The notes beneath the pieces are model-generated. The model was not told the DNA's origin. It worked only from the letters and a program-made list of their open reading frames with translations, and did no database searches. From the NCBI GenBank assembly GCA_034440395.1, contig JAWXBW010000047.1, forward strand, positions 5,567-69,566: 64,000 bases of DNA, read 5' to 3'. A program made the translations under genes and the position numbers. This document shows positions 27,509-36,177 of this stretch, one piece after another; within the stretch, counting starts at the first letter, position 1, and each line of letters opens with the position of its first letter. Source of the stretch: Blastochloris sp. (GTDB lineage: Bacteria > Verrucomicrobiota > Verrucomicrobiia > Methylacidiphilales > JAAUTS01).

Positions 27509-29179
27509 GTGAATCAAGACTCCGTTATCCAAGCCATTCAAGAGATATTACAAGCCATCCAAGGAAATAAGCCGTTGGACGAAATCATGCAGCTTATCCT
27601 AAAATGGGCCTGCACCATTACTGGTAGCGTGCATGGCTCGTTTTTAACTATCAACCACTCCGCTAAATATCTAGAAATTACCTCTGTTCATGGACCCGAC
27701 TGGACACCCGAAATTCAGGCGCGTAAACTGCAACTAGGCGAAGGCATAACAGGTAGAGTAGCAGTATCCGGTGAGCCTTATCTTTGTCACGATACTACGA
27801 AAGATCCTAACTACATTTCGTGGTTTGACTACGTGCGCTGCGAAATGGCCGTTCCCATACGTATCCAAAATGAACTCTGGGGAATTATTAACTTGGACGG
27901 GAATAAGCCCCACGAATACACTCAGGTCAGCTTAACTCAAATTACCCTTTTCGCACAATTAGCCGCCTCGGCGGTGGATCTCCACCTTAAATGGAATCTA
28001 GAACGTCGTGTGCAACAAGAACTCCTTGAGTCTGAGAAATTAAGCTCCCTTGGAAAACTCATCGCCGGCTTAGCTCACGAACTTAATAATCCCCTGACTG
28101 CCATCTTAGGAGGTGTCTCCGTCCTAGCCTACGACATCCAAGATCCTGATCAAAAAGAGATGTTAGAAGGCATCGCCAACGAAGCCCAACGTGCGGCCGA
28201 CCTGATCAAAGATCTCTTAGCCTTTGCCCGACGACAGCCCAATAAAACGGAAATACGCCCCATTGACTCCATCATTCAAGAGACCTGCGGCATCATGCGC
28301 CATCAGCTTAAATTTAAAAACATCCGCCTCACCCTTGGTCTGCTGGACAAATCCCCTCTCGTTAATGTCAACCCATCGCAAATAAGCCAAGTCTTACTTA
28401 ACTTAATTAATAACGCCGAGCAGGCTATCGAAATGGAAGGCCGGAGTGACGGTAAAATCAACATTGAAGTAGAAGAAACCGAGACTTCAGTTTTCGTTAA
28501 CATTATTGATAACGGAATCGGCATGTTAGATGCCACCCGCAACTCCATCTACGACCCCTTTTTCACCACGAAAGAAGTAGGTAAAGGCACTGGCTTAGGA
28601 CTCTCCATTTCCCAAGGTATTATCCATACCCACGGTGGCACCATCACCTGTAGCAGTGGCCTTCATGCCGGCACCACTTTTACCATTAAACTTCCGCGAT
28701 CTTACGATACCCCCACCCTTTCCAAATCACTAACCCCATCTCACAAAACACTCTCAACCCAACATGTGCCAGCCTTGCAGCATCTCCGTATCCTCGTGGT
28801 GGATGATGAGGAATTAATCCGCATCGGTCTAAGCAGATATTTAAAGAGCCTAAATCACGACGTTCATCAAGCTGGAGATGCCCAATACGCCCTCGCCCTA
28901 GCGCATGCTACGAAGTTTGACTTGATCATTTCAGACATACGCATGCCACGTATGACTGGAATAGAACTTTACTACAGCCTGATTGAGATCGATCCACAGT
29001 ACCGTAAACGCTTTATCTTTATCACAGGAGACCTTGTCGCCAGCGAGCTCCTCGCTCAAGTGAGGGCAACGCAGTGTCCTCTAGTAGAAAAACCTTTTAA
29101 CTTTCAATCCATTTTCGAACTACTTCCCCAGCCTAGAGCAAGTGGCCGCTCTACCACTTCCTTGAATATGCTTGTTTAA
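27509..29179 (+). CDS. Hybrid sensor histidine kinase (GAF - HisKA - HATPase_c - receiver)
   Basis: GTG start. GAF-like N-domain; H-box LAHELNNPLTAILG; N/G boxes NLINNAEQA, DNGIGM and GTGLGLSIS; C-terminal receiver ILVVDDEELIR...LIISDIRMPRMTG. Confidence 0.85.
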   Translation: MNQDSVIQAIQEILQAIQGNKPLDEIMQLILKWACTITGSVHGSFLTINHSAKYLEITSVHGPDWTPEIQARKLQLGEGITGRVAVSGEPYLCHDTTKDPNYISWFDYVRCEMAVPIRIQNELWGIINLDGNKPHEYTQVSLTQITLFAQLAASAVDLHLKWNLERRVQQELLESEKLSSLGKLIAGLAHELNNPLTAILGGVSVLAYDIQDPDQKEMLEGIANEAQRAADLIKDLLAFARRQPNKTEIRPIDSIIQETCGIMRHQLKFKNIRLTLGLLDKSPLVNVNPSQISQVLLNLINNAEQAIEMEGRSDGKINIEVEETETSVFVNIIDNGIGMLDATRNSIYDPFFTTKEVGKGTGLGLSISQGIIHTHGGTITCSSGLHAGTTFTIKLPRSYDTPTLSKSLTPSHKTLSTQHVPALQHLRILVVDDEELIRIGLSRYLKSLNHDVHQAGDAQYALALAHATKFDLIISDIRMPRMTGIELYYSLIEIDPQYRKRFIFITGDLVASELLAQVRATQCPLVEKPFNFQSIFELLPQPRASGRSTTSLNMLV

Positions 29180-29231
29180 ATAACTAAAAAGCATCCTTGT
29201 TTTGCCTCTCCCACCGTGCTAATTTTTACCC

Positions 29232-29657
29232 ATGCACATGATATCTACAGAAACTACTCAAGACCTCATTACTCAAAAAACGCGTGAACTTTGCGAAGCT
29301 CTTCTCCTAGACACGCGCTTCAGCGATAGTCGTCGCCAGATCGAAGGCTTTTTAGCCGATCAAGTTGCGCAAGAACAATACCGCGACGTCAGCGACCGTG
29401 GCCGCCTCTTACGTGATAAGCAAATGCAAAATGTTCCTCTCAATGATACAGAAGTGGATGAGTTTGAAAAAATTCGCTTTGAGCTTCTAGAAAATCCTGT
29501 GGCCCAGAATTTCATTGAGCTCCAAGCCCAGATGAATGAAGTGCAGGATGGTATCAATAAAATGATTAGCAAAACCTTTGAATTAGGTCGGGTTCCAGAA
29601 GATGCTGACCTAAATTGTGGCGACCAATCTTGCGGCACAGGCTGCGGCTGCCAATAA
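29232..29657 (+). CDS. YlbF/YmcA-family (UPF0342-like) regulator with a Cys-rich C-terminal tail
   Basis: 141 aa, helical and YlbF-like (TRELCEALLLDTRFSDSRRQIEGFLAD...NPVAQNFIELQAQMNEVQDGINKMI). It ends in NCGDQSCGTGCGCQ. Confidence 0.6.
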   Translation: MHMISTETTQDLITQKTRELCEALLLDTRFSDSRRQIEGFLADQVAQEQYRDVSDRGRLLRDKQMQNVPLNDTEVDEFEKIRFELLENPVAQNFIELQAQMNEVQDGINKMISKTFELGRVPEDADLNCGDQSCGTGCGCQ

Positions 29658-29794
29658 CAAATTTCCATAACGCAGAAGTTTTTGTAGTGGCCGTTGGCGT
29701 TGGTTCCACCTAGAGCACTGGTTCATCTAAGACCTAGCAGCAACCCCTTACTGCATAATAACGATTAGAAATTAATGACTACCTAGAATAGACG

Positions 29795-30264
29795 ATGAAA
29801 CTTCTAAGCTTAGACATTGTTATCCAGACACTTAATCAAGCTCAGGTTCGTTATCTCATTGTCGGGGGACTAGCGGTTAATGCACATGGCTATGTGCGCA
29901 CGACGATGGATGTAGATTTAGTTAACAATTAACGAAAGATAATTTGCACTCCGCCTTTCAAGCCTTGCTCTCGATAGGCTATAAAGTGGAGCAATTTTCG
30001 GATCCACTGCTCCGTGAACAATGGCGGCGTGAAAAAGGCATGTTGGTGCTTAAGTTTTGGAGCGAGCTACATCGTGAAACTCCTTTGGATGTTTTTGTTT
30101 ATGATCCCTTTCCCTTTGATGAGGAATACGACCCAGCTATTATTTCAGGTCATCCGCCAGCGCGTTTTGTTGCACTTATAGCATTACTTAAGATGAAGCA
30201 TGAAGCGGAGTGCACTAAAGATAAATTAAATATTGAAAACCTTACTTTTATTCAGGATGCGTAA
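29795..30264 (+). pseudogene. Nucleotidyltransferase-fold protein gene (copy 1), frameshifted
   Basis: Frame A gives MKLLSLDIVIQTLNQAQVRYLIVGGLAVNAHGYVRTTMDVDLVNN* with its stop at 29930. Frame B gives (QLTKDN)LHSAFQALLSIGYKVEQ...LIALLKMKHEAECTKDKLNIENL... (track ORF 29944..30264). The frames join around 29921-29926. Total length is 470 nt (3n-1). It carries a GG...HG...DxD minimal-NTase-like N-terminus. Confidence 0.65.
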
Positions 30265-30269
30265 CTAAG

Positions 30270-30521
30270 ATGAATTCTGAAGAACAACCTCATCTTGAAA
30301 TCCCCGTGGCATCCACAGATATCCAATGGGACGAATGCACGTCCCAAGGTGCCGATCGTGCCTATATTCGGGAAGCTTTGCGCTGGACTATACGGCAATG
30401 CTTGGAATGTCTGAACGACATGTGTGATCTAGCCCGATCCATGATTGCGGAGCGCCAGAAAAAAGGTCTAGCCTACATTGATCCTTACACGGGAGAATGC
30501 GTGAAAGCCCGTAAGATTTAA
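30270..30521 (+). CDS. Hypothetical protein (83 aa)
   Basis: Intact ORF 5 nt after NTase copy 1, with no recognisable motif (…ALRWTIRQCLECLNDMCDLARSMIAERQKKG…). It may be the partner of the NTase gene. Confidence 0.4.
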   Translation: MNSEEQPHLEIPVASTDIQWDECTSQGADRAYIREALRWTIRQCLECLNDMCDLARSMIAERQKKGLAYIDPYTGECVKARKI

Positions 30522-30566
30522 AGCGGAGCCTAGTTCCACCTGAAAAGACGGCGGCGACAGAAATAT

Positions 30567-31046
30567 TTATTCTAAGCCTAACCCACGTTCTAAGCGACCT
30601 AGCATAAGCGCATCAAGCCTATCTTTTTCACGAAAAGAATCTTTTTTTAGCTCCCTTAAAATGCTGCCATTTAAGTAGGGAACGATACCCGTCACACCTT
30701 CCACGCTTTTTTCTAAACTACTTGACAAAAGATCCGAGTAAGTTCGGCCCGTCATACGATTAAATATATCTAGCGGGCAGTCTCGTTCCAACATCCGCAC
30801 GGCACCTTCTTCGGGAGGGAAATCGACTGATGTCAGGGTGCCACCGTAGCCATCCCCAAATCCAGCCAAAGCCTCCGCCAATTTTTTTATGTTATCAGAT
30901 GAATCGTCGACAAGAATATTAAGAACCTCTGTTGTGCGGACCTAGCCGTGAAAACCAACGGCCACACTTTACACCACGAGGTAGTTAACGTGGCTGAGGT
31001 TGAGCCGCTCCAAAAGTTTTACGAAGTCGGGTAAGTCTGGGTTCAT
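30567..31046 (-). pseudogene. Nucleotidyltransferase-fold protein gene (copy 2), two in-frame stops
   Basis: Hand translation from ATG 31046-31044 covers exactly 160 codons: MNPDLPDFVKLLERLNLSHVNYLVV*SVAVGFHG*VRTTEVLNILVDDSSDNIKKLAEALAGFGDGY...LRELKKDSFREKDRLDALMLGRLERGLGLE*. The stops are TAA at 30969-30971 and TAG at 30942-30944. The track reports only the 3' part (30567..30881). Confidence 0.65.
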
Positions 31047-31199
31047 GAGCAAAAGCATCTAAGCCGTAAAGAGCTATCGCATCACGGCGTAGGCGCATAA
31101 TGCGCTGGAGCGGATCGCCAGTTGCTACTTTTTCGCCAATAGTTTTACGAATCACAGAACCGAGCCTACCTCCCACTTCTGCGGAGAACAATTATAAGC

Positions 31200-32279
31200 T
31201 CACCTTTGGAAAATTTCTGAAAAAATGCCGCCACCTAAAAGACGTTCCCCTTCATACAGCGCACAGATTTGGCCGGGAGCTAAGGCGCGCTGAGGTTCGT
31301 TAAAAATAACCTCGGCCATGTTGTCCCCTTTAGGCTGAAATTCCATCTGGTGACGCGGAGCACGGTAACGTGGCTTAGCCTCAATCACTGTTATCTCTGT
31401 TAGTCCTTGGCCGCACCATGAAAGGGAATGTAACGAAGCCCGCCGCGCATAAAGACCTGGCGTTTCCATCTGATCAAAAGCAATCACCAGCTCGTTCGTT
31501 TTAATTCGTTTCTCTACCACGACGAAAGCCTCCCCCTCCGTATTAGAGGGCACACGGATACCTTTGCGTTGCCCTAAGGTGTAAAGATGGAGGCCTCGAT
31601 GTTCACCCAGTTTTTTACCCACTAGGTTCACGATAGATCCAGGCCTATCTGGAATGAAATTTTTCAAGAAATCCGACATCTTGACTTCACCAATAAAGCA
31701 TATGCCTTGGCTGTCTTTCTTCGCCGCGGTGTTCAAGCCCAGCTCAAGCGCGATCTGCCGCACTTCTGCCTTTTGTAGTTCGCCCACAGGGAAAATGGCG
31801 TGCTGAATCTGGGACTGACGCAAGAGGGCGAGGAAGTAAGATTGATCTTTGTTTTTATCAAGACCTTCTAAAATGGAGGCCTCGCCATTTGCATTGAGGC
31901 GTCGGGCATAGTGACCCGTCGCAACAGCATCGAACCCATTTTTTAAAGCATAATCCAAGAATACTCCAAACTTCATCTCCCGATTGCACATGACGTCAGG
32001 ATTAGGCGTAATGCCCGCCTCATAGCCTTCCAATAAGTATTTCACCACACGCTCGCGATAATCATTCATCAGGTTAACAATACGAAACTCAATCCCTAGC
32101 TGAGAAGCCACGGCTCGGGCATCTTCAATATCCTGCTGCCACGGGCAGTGACCGACGATATTTTCCTCGTTGATCCAATTCTTCATGTAGGCACCAGTGA
32201 CACGGTGCCCTTGGCGCAAGAGCAAGGCCGCCGCTACACTGCTATCCACTCCGCCTGACATGCCTACGAGGACGTTCAT
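31200..32279 (-). CDS. mnmA: tRNA 2-thiouridine(34) synthase
   Basis: [20 protein letters not shown] (PP-loop) from ATG 32279. The track ORF extends to 32339, into ftsY. Also ATGHYAR and QSYFL. Confidence 0.9.
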   Translation of the reverse strand: MNVLVGMSGGVDSSVAAALLLRQGHRVTGAYMKNWINEENIVGHCPWQQDIEDARAVASQLGIEFRIVNLMNDYRERVVKYLLEGYEAGITPNPDVMCNREMKFGVFLDYALKNGFDAVATGHYARRLNANGEASILEGLDKNKDQSYFLALLRQSQIQHAIFPVGELQKAEVRQIALELGLNTAAKKDSQGICFIGEVKMSDFLKNFIPDRPGSIVNLVGKKLGEHRGLHLYTLGQRKGIRVPSNTEGEAFVVVEKRIKTNELVIAFDQMETPGLYARRASLHSLSWCGQGLTEITVIEAKPRYRAPRHQMEFQPKGDNMAEVIFNEPQRALAPGQICALYEGERLLGGGIFSEIFQR

Positions 32280-32289
32280 AAAAAGCAAA

Positions 32290-33126
32290 TTAGAAGAATT
32301 GTTCCACGTAACTCTTGGGATCAAAAGGCCGCAGATCATCCAGACCTTCTCCCGTGCCGATGAAGTAAGGATTAATCCCAGTTGCAGCTTTTATGGCGGC
32401 CACGGCACCGCCTTTGGAGGAGCTGTCCAGCTTGGTGATAATCAGTCCTGTTAACCCAATAGCCTTGTGAAAAACTTCGGCTTGTTGGATGGCGTTCGTT
32501 CCATTGGTGCCGTCTAACACAAGGATAACTTCGTGTGGTGCGCCGCTTATTTTTTTATCTACAATACGTTTAATTTTTTCCAACTCGCGCATGAGATTTT
32601 CTTTATTATGAAGCCTTCCTGCTGTGTCTATAATCGCCAAACGGGACTGATCCTTTAATGCATTTGTTAATCCTTCAAAAGCAGCAGCAGAGGGATCGCC
32701 GCCTTTTTTGCCAGGCGTGAAGGCTGCCCCGGAGCGTTCCGCCCACACACGGAGTTGATCTATGGCGGCGGCACGAAAGGTGTCTGCTGCGATGAGGTGC
32801 ACCGCTCCTTCTTTCCCGTAGAGCTTAGCCAACTTGCCGATGCTAGTGGTTTTACCAACCCCGTTGATACCGATCACAATCCAGACATTAAGTTCCTCTG
32901 GGGTGAGCTGGGGCAAATGGATGGGCTTAGGCCAGAGTTTTAATATTTCTGCCGACGTCGCTTCTTGGATGGTCTCTGCGGAAACGACTTCTTTTTTTAA
33001 AGTAGTTAATAATATTTTTGTGAATTCTAAGCTTAAATCCGATTGGATAAGGGTGGATTCTAGGTCATCCCAATCGACGGAACCACCCTTGACGGTAGCG
33101 ACCCATTTCTTAAAAAATGAAAGCAT
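32290..33126 (-). CDS. ftsY: Signal-recognition-particle receptor FtsY (short NG-only form)
   Basis: 278 aa with [35 protein letters not shown] and [10 protein letters not shown]. Confidence 0.9.
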   Translation of the reverse strand: MLSFFKKWVATVKGGSVDWDDLESTLIQSDLSLEFTKILLTTLKKEVVSAETIQEATSAEILKLWPKPIHLPQLTPEELNVWIVIGINGVGKTTSIGKLAKLYGKEGAVHLIAADTFRAAAIDQLRVWAERSGAAFTPGKKGGDPSAAAFEGLTNALKDQSRLAIIDTAGRLHNKENLMRELEKIKRIVDKKISGAPHEVILVLDGTNGTNAIQQAEVFHKAIGLTGLIITKLDSSSKGGAVAAIKAATGINPYFIGTGEGLDDLRPFDPKSYVEQFF

Positions 33127-33147
33127 ACTAGTTTAGAACTCTGGTGA

Positions 33148-33633
33148 TTAAAGAGGATTGTGTTTAGGTTGGAGTTTAGGCTTCGTGAGCCGAATTCCCT
33201 CTGGCCTGATCCCCTCACGGGCAGGACGATCTAGATCCTTGCGCACGCGGTCGAGAATTCCATTCACGAATTTTCCCGCTTCATGGGAGCTAAGGAATTT
33301 TGCTACCTCAATAGCTTCGTTGATAGCTACGACTGGTGGAACCTCGGGACAGTAATTCATTTCATAAACCGCTAGGCGGAGAATATTTTTATCCACGGGA
33401 GCCATGCGTTCCATCTCCCAGTTATCAGAATACTTTTTAAGCGTCTCATCAATTTTTAAGGCGTTCTTAATTACGCCATGAATGAGGGGGAGGGCAAAGT
33501 CCCGGACTTTAGGCTCAGGAGCAGACATTTCCATAAAAAGGGCAAGCCCAGCAGTTAACTCCTGCTTAGGAGCGACTTCATGTTGATAGAGATATTGAAC
33601 GGCCAGCACTCGGCCATCACGACGTTTACCCAT
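33148..33633 (-). CDS. nusB: Transcription antitermination factor NusB
   Basis: 161 aa with GRVLAVQYLYQ, DKNILRLAVYEM and VAINEAIEVAKFL. Confidence 0.9.
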   Translation of the reverse strand: MGKRRDGRVLAVQYLYQHEVAPKQELTAGLALFMEMSAPEPKVRDFALPLIHGVIKNALKIDETLKKYSDNWEMERMAPVDKNILRLAVYEMNYCPEVPPVVAINEAIEVAKFLSSHEAGKFVNGILDRVRKDLDRPAREGIRPEGIRLTKPKLQPKHNPL

Positions 33634-33636
33634 AAT

Positions 33637-34083
33637 TTAATTTTCTGATTGTAGTAATTGTAAAACAGCTTCGGCAGCTTCACTCCCGCGATTGAGTTTG
33701 GTTCCAAAGCATCGTTCACGAGCTTGTTTTTCGTTAGTGACCATTAAAATTTGGTGTAGCACGGGCTTATTATATTTAAGCATGAGATCCATCAGGGCCT
33801 GCGTTACGGTAGAACCGATGAGATCGGCATGTGCGGTCTTCCCTTGCCAGATGACGCCGAAGGTAATGACAGCTGCGATGTCTTTTTGTTGAAGTAAGCG
33901 TTGGGTGGATAGAGGAATTTCAAAAGCTCCTGGCACACGAAGGACGGTGACCAGAGTGTTGGGGAGATTGTGTAGGCAGGCACTTAACAGGCCATCTACG
34001 TATTGTTGATTAAAGAGACTGGCCACGATGCCGATTTTAACGGTTGGATTTTTAACACGGGATAGGAGTGAATTTTTTTTCAC
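33637..34083 (-). CDS. ribH: 6,7-dimethyl-8-ribityllumazine synthase
   Basis: 148 aa with IGIVASLFNQQYVDGLL, VPGAFEIP and GKTAHADLI. Confidence 0.85.
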   Translation of the reverse strand: MKKNSLLSRVKNPTVKIGIVASLFNQQYVDGLLSACLHNLPNTLVTVLRVPGAFEIPLSTQRLLQQKDIAAVITFGVIWQGKTAHADLIGSTVTQALMDLMLKYNKPVLHQILMVTNEKQARERCFGTKLNRGSEAAEAVLQLLQSEN

Positions 34084-35315
34084 AAGAGGTGTCCCATTTT
34101 AATTTTTTTAACGTCGAGGTATTTTTTATTGTGCTTGTTTGATTGCACTTTAATAGGGACTTGTCCTGCTAGCTCCAGCCCATAACCAGAAAGTCCTATG
34201 ACCTTTTTAGGGTTGTTGGTCATAATACGCATCTTCTTTACACCTAAATCGCAGAGGATTTGGGCGCCTAATCCGTATTCGCGTAGGTCGGGACCAAAAC
34301 CTAATTTTACATTGGCTTCCACGGTGTCATAACCTTCTTGCTGTAATTTATAGGCATGAATCTTAGCCGCCAGGCCTATACCCCGCCCTTCTTGCCGCAT
34401 GTAAACAAGAACCCCTTTGCCCTCACGCTCAATCATGCTTAAGGCGTCATGCAATTGGTTCCCACAGTCACAGCGCTTGGAACCGAAGACATCTCCTGTT
34501 AGGCATTCACTGTGGACGCGAACCAAGGTAGGAGTTTTTTTTGAAATTTTTCCTTTCACTAAAGCTAAGTGGTGGTTGCCATCTACCGCAGAGCGGTAGA
34601 GATAGAGATCGAACATCCCATAATCCGTGGGTAGCTTGATGACTTGTTCGCGGATGATCAGGCGTTCATTGCGACGGCGGTATTCAATCAGATCAAGAAT
34701 GGTTGCTATTTTAATTTTATGTTTCTGGGCGAAAATACGTAGTTCGGGCAGACGTGCCATATTGCCGTCTTCCTTGAGAATTTCACAAATAACAGCCGAT
34801 TCGTCGAGTCCAGCTAAACGGGCGAGATCAATGGCAGCCTCCGTGTGGCCTGCGCGTTGGAGAACTCCCCCATTTTTAGCTTGGAGGGGAAAAACGTGAC
34901 CAGGCTGAACAAGAAGTTGTGGTTTAGCTTTTGGTGAGGCGAGAAGCTTAATGGTGGCGGCGCGATCTGCTGCGCTGATGCCAGTGGTGATGCCGTGGGC
35001 AGCATCGACTGAAACGGTGAAGTCGGTCTTAAAGCTTTCACGATTTTCCAGCACCATGCGTTGTAGGCCTAGCTGAGTGGCGCGGGCATGGGTGATGGGA
35101 GCGCAAATGAGACCTCGACCGTGCGTGGCCATGAAGTTAATGGAGGCAGGCGTTACTTTTTCCGCCGCCATAATAAGATCGCCCTCATTTTCGCGATCAG
35201 TGTCGTCGGTCAGGATGACCATTTTACCTTGTCGAATATCCGCAATAACATTCTCGATAGAATCAAAAGGTTGATTTGTGGGAAAGCTGGCTGGTTTGTC
35301 CTTAGGCATTTTCAT
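34080..35315 (-). CDS. ribBA: Bifunctional 3,4-dihydroxy-2-butanone-4-phosphate synthase / GTP cyclohydrolase II
   Basis: 411 aa with [16 protein letters not shown] and [14 protein letters not shown], then [21 protein letters not shown] and [11 protein letters not shown]. Confidence 0.9.
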   Translation of the reverse strand: MKMPKDKPASFPTNQPFDSIENVIADIRQGKMVILTDDTDRENEGDLIMAAEKVTPASINFMATHGRGLICAPITHARATQLGLQRMVLENRESFKTDFTVSVDAAHGITTGISAADRAATIKLLASPKAKPQLLVQPGHVFPLQAKNGGVLQRAGHTEAAIDLARLAGLDESAVICEILKEDGNMARLPELRIFAQKHKIKIATILDLIEYRRRNERLIIREQVIKLPTDYGMFDLYLYRSAVDGNHHLALVKGKISKKTPTLVRVHSECLTGDVFGSKRCDCGNQLHDALSMIEREGKGVLVYMRQEGRGIGLAAKIHAYKLQQEGYDTVEANVKLGFGPDLREYGLGAQILCDLGVKKMRIMTNNPKKVIGLSGYGLELAGQVPIKVQSNKHNKKYLDVKKIKMGHLL

Positions 35316-35461
35316 TTCAAAGATCTAGGAGAGAAACTAAACCCGAAAATGGTATGAATCCATAAGATTTTAGAACTTTGTGTGGAAGCATGCTTGTTCC
35401 GTCATGGGGTGGTAACTTTTTTGAATAATCGTTGATCCGCCAGCCCCTAGCGCAGGCAACG

Positions 35462-36127
35462 TCAACTCACGAGAAGGAAGAGATATTCTAGGCTCTCTTT
35501 TCCTAAAAAAAAGAACAGTAAAGTCAGCAGCAGAACTGTAACACCTAGGATGTCTCCTAAGAGTAAAAAGAGTCCGTCATTTTCCATCAAGCCTAGCCCA
35601 ATAAGTAGGATTGGAATAGCGTATATAAAGTTGGTGCCGGGGATGGGTAAGGGGAGCATAATGGCGATGCAGGTAATGAGAGCTCCGTGAATTTTATGAG
35701 ACCAAGGGTGGATACATAGGCCACAATAACGGGGCTTAAGACCTTTTTCTATTTTAAGACAAATAAAAGAGGCACGATGAATCATGTCGATAATTTTTTC
35801 TCGAGGCACCTCATAGTTTTGAACACGCTTAGGTATCCATAATTTCTGCCCTAATGCCATGCGGAGACCAGAGAATATGAGAACAAAGCCCATGGGGACA
35901 GCGATTACGGGGAGGATAGCCGGGATGCTGAACATGGCGATAACAGCAGGATAGCCGCGGCCTGCCAAATATTCTAACATACGTCGAATGGTAATGGGGT
36001 GCTGGTTACTTTCTTCTCCCATTCGCTGCAGAATGGCGGAAAGGGATAGCCCGCAATCCGGGGCAAGACAGGACTCAGTGTTCTTGCTAGCACTAAGAGA
36101 AATATCCGCATGAGGATCAATAAGCAT
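35462..36127 (-). CDS. ExoD-family exopolysaccharide-synthesis membrane protein
   Basis: 221 aa with TIRRMLEYLAGRGYPAVIAMFSIPAILPV... followed by multiple TM segments, as in ExoD. Confidence 0.65.
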   Translation of the reverse strand: MLIDPHADISLSASKNTESCLAPDCGLSLSAILQRMGEESNQHPITIRRMLEYLAGRGYPAVIAMFSIPAILPVIAVPMGFVLIFSGLRMALGQKLWIPKRVQNYEVPREKIIDMIHRASFICLKIEKGLKPRYCGLCIHPWSHKIHGALITCIAIMLPLPIPGTNFIYAIPILLIGLGLMENDGLFLLLGDILGVTVLLLTLLFFFLGKESLEYLFLLVS

Positions 36128-36177
36128 ATATTCTTCAACTAATCTCGCTTGGACTAGACTTTAAAGATGTCCTTAGT

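Noticed and set aside
30985-31191. 68-aa minus-strand ORF directly after mnmA.
   Set aside because: Its 3' third overlaps, out of frame, the properly starting NTase copy 2 (ATG 31046). It has no motif I recognise. It is possibly spurious or a eroded upstream partner, so I did not list it as a feature.
35316-35461. Expected an FMN (RFN) riboswitch upstream of the ribBA-ribH-nusB operon.
   Set aside because: The minus-strand leader lacks the conserved RFN cores (GGGTGAAATTCCC, CCGACAGT, AGTCTGGATG). Only a 10-bp palindrome AAGCATGCTT (35386-35395) stands out. I made no riboswitch call, and a covariance-model scan (Rfam RF00050) would settle it.
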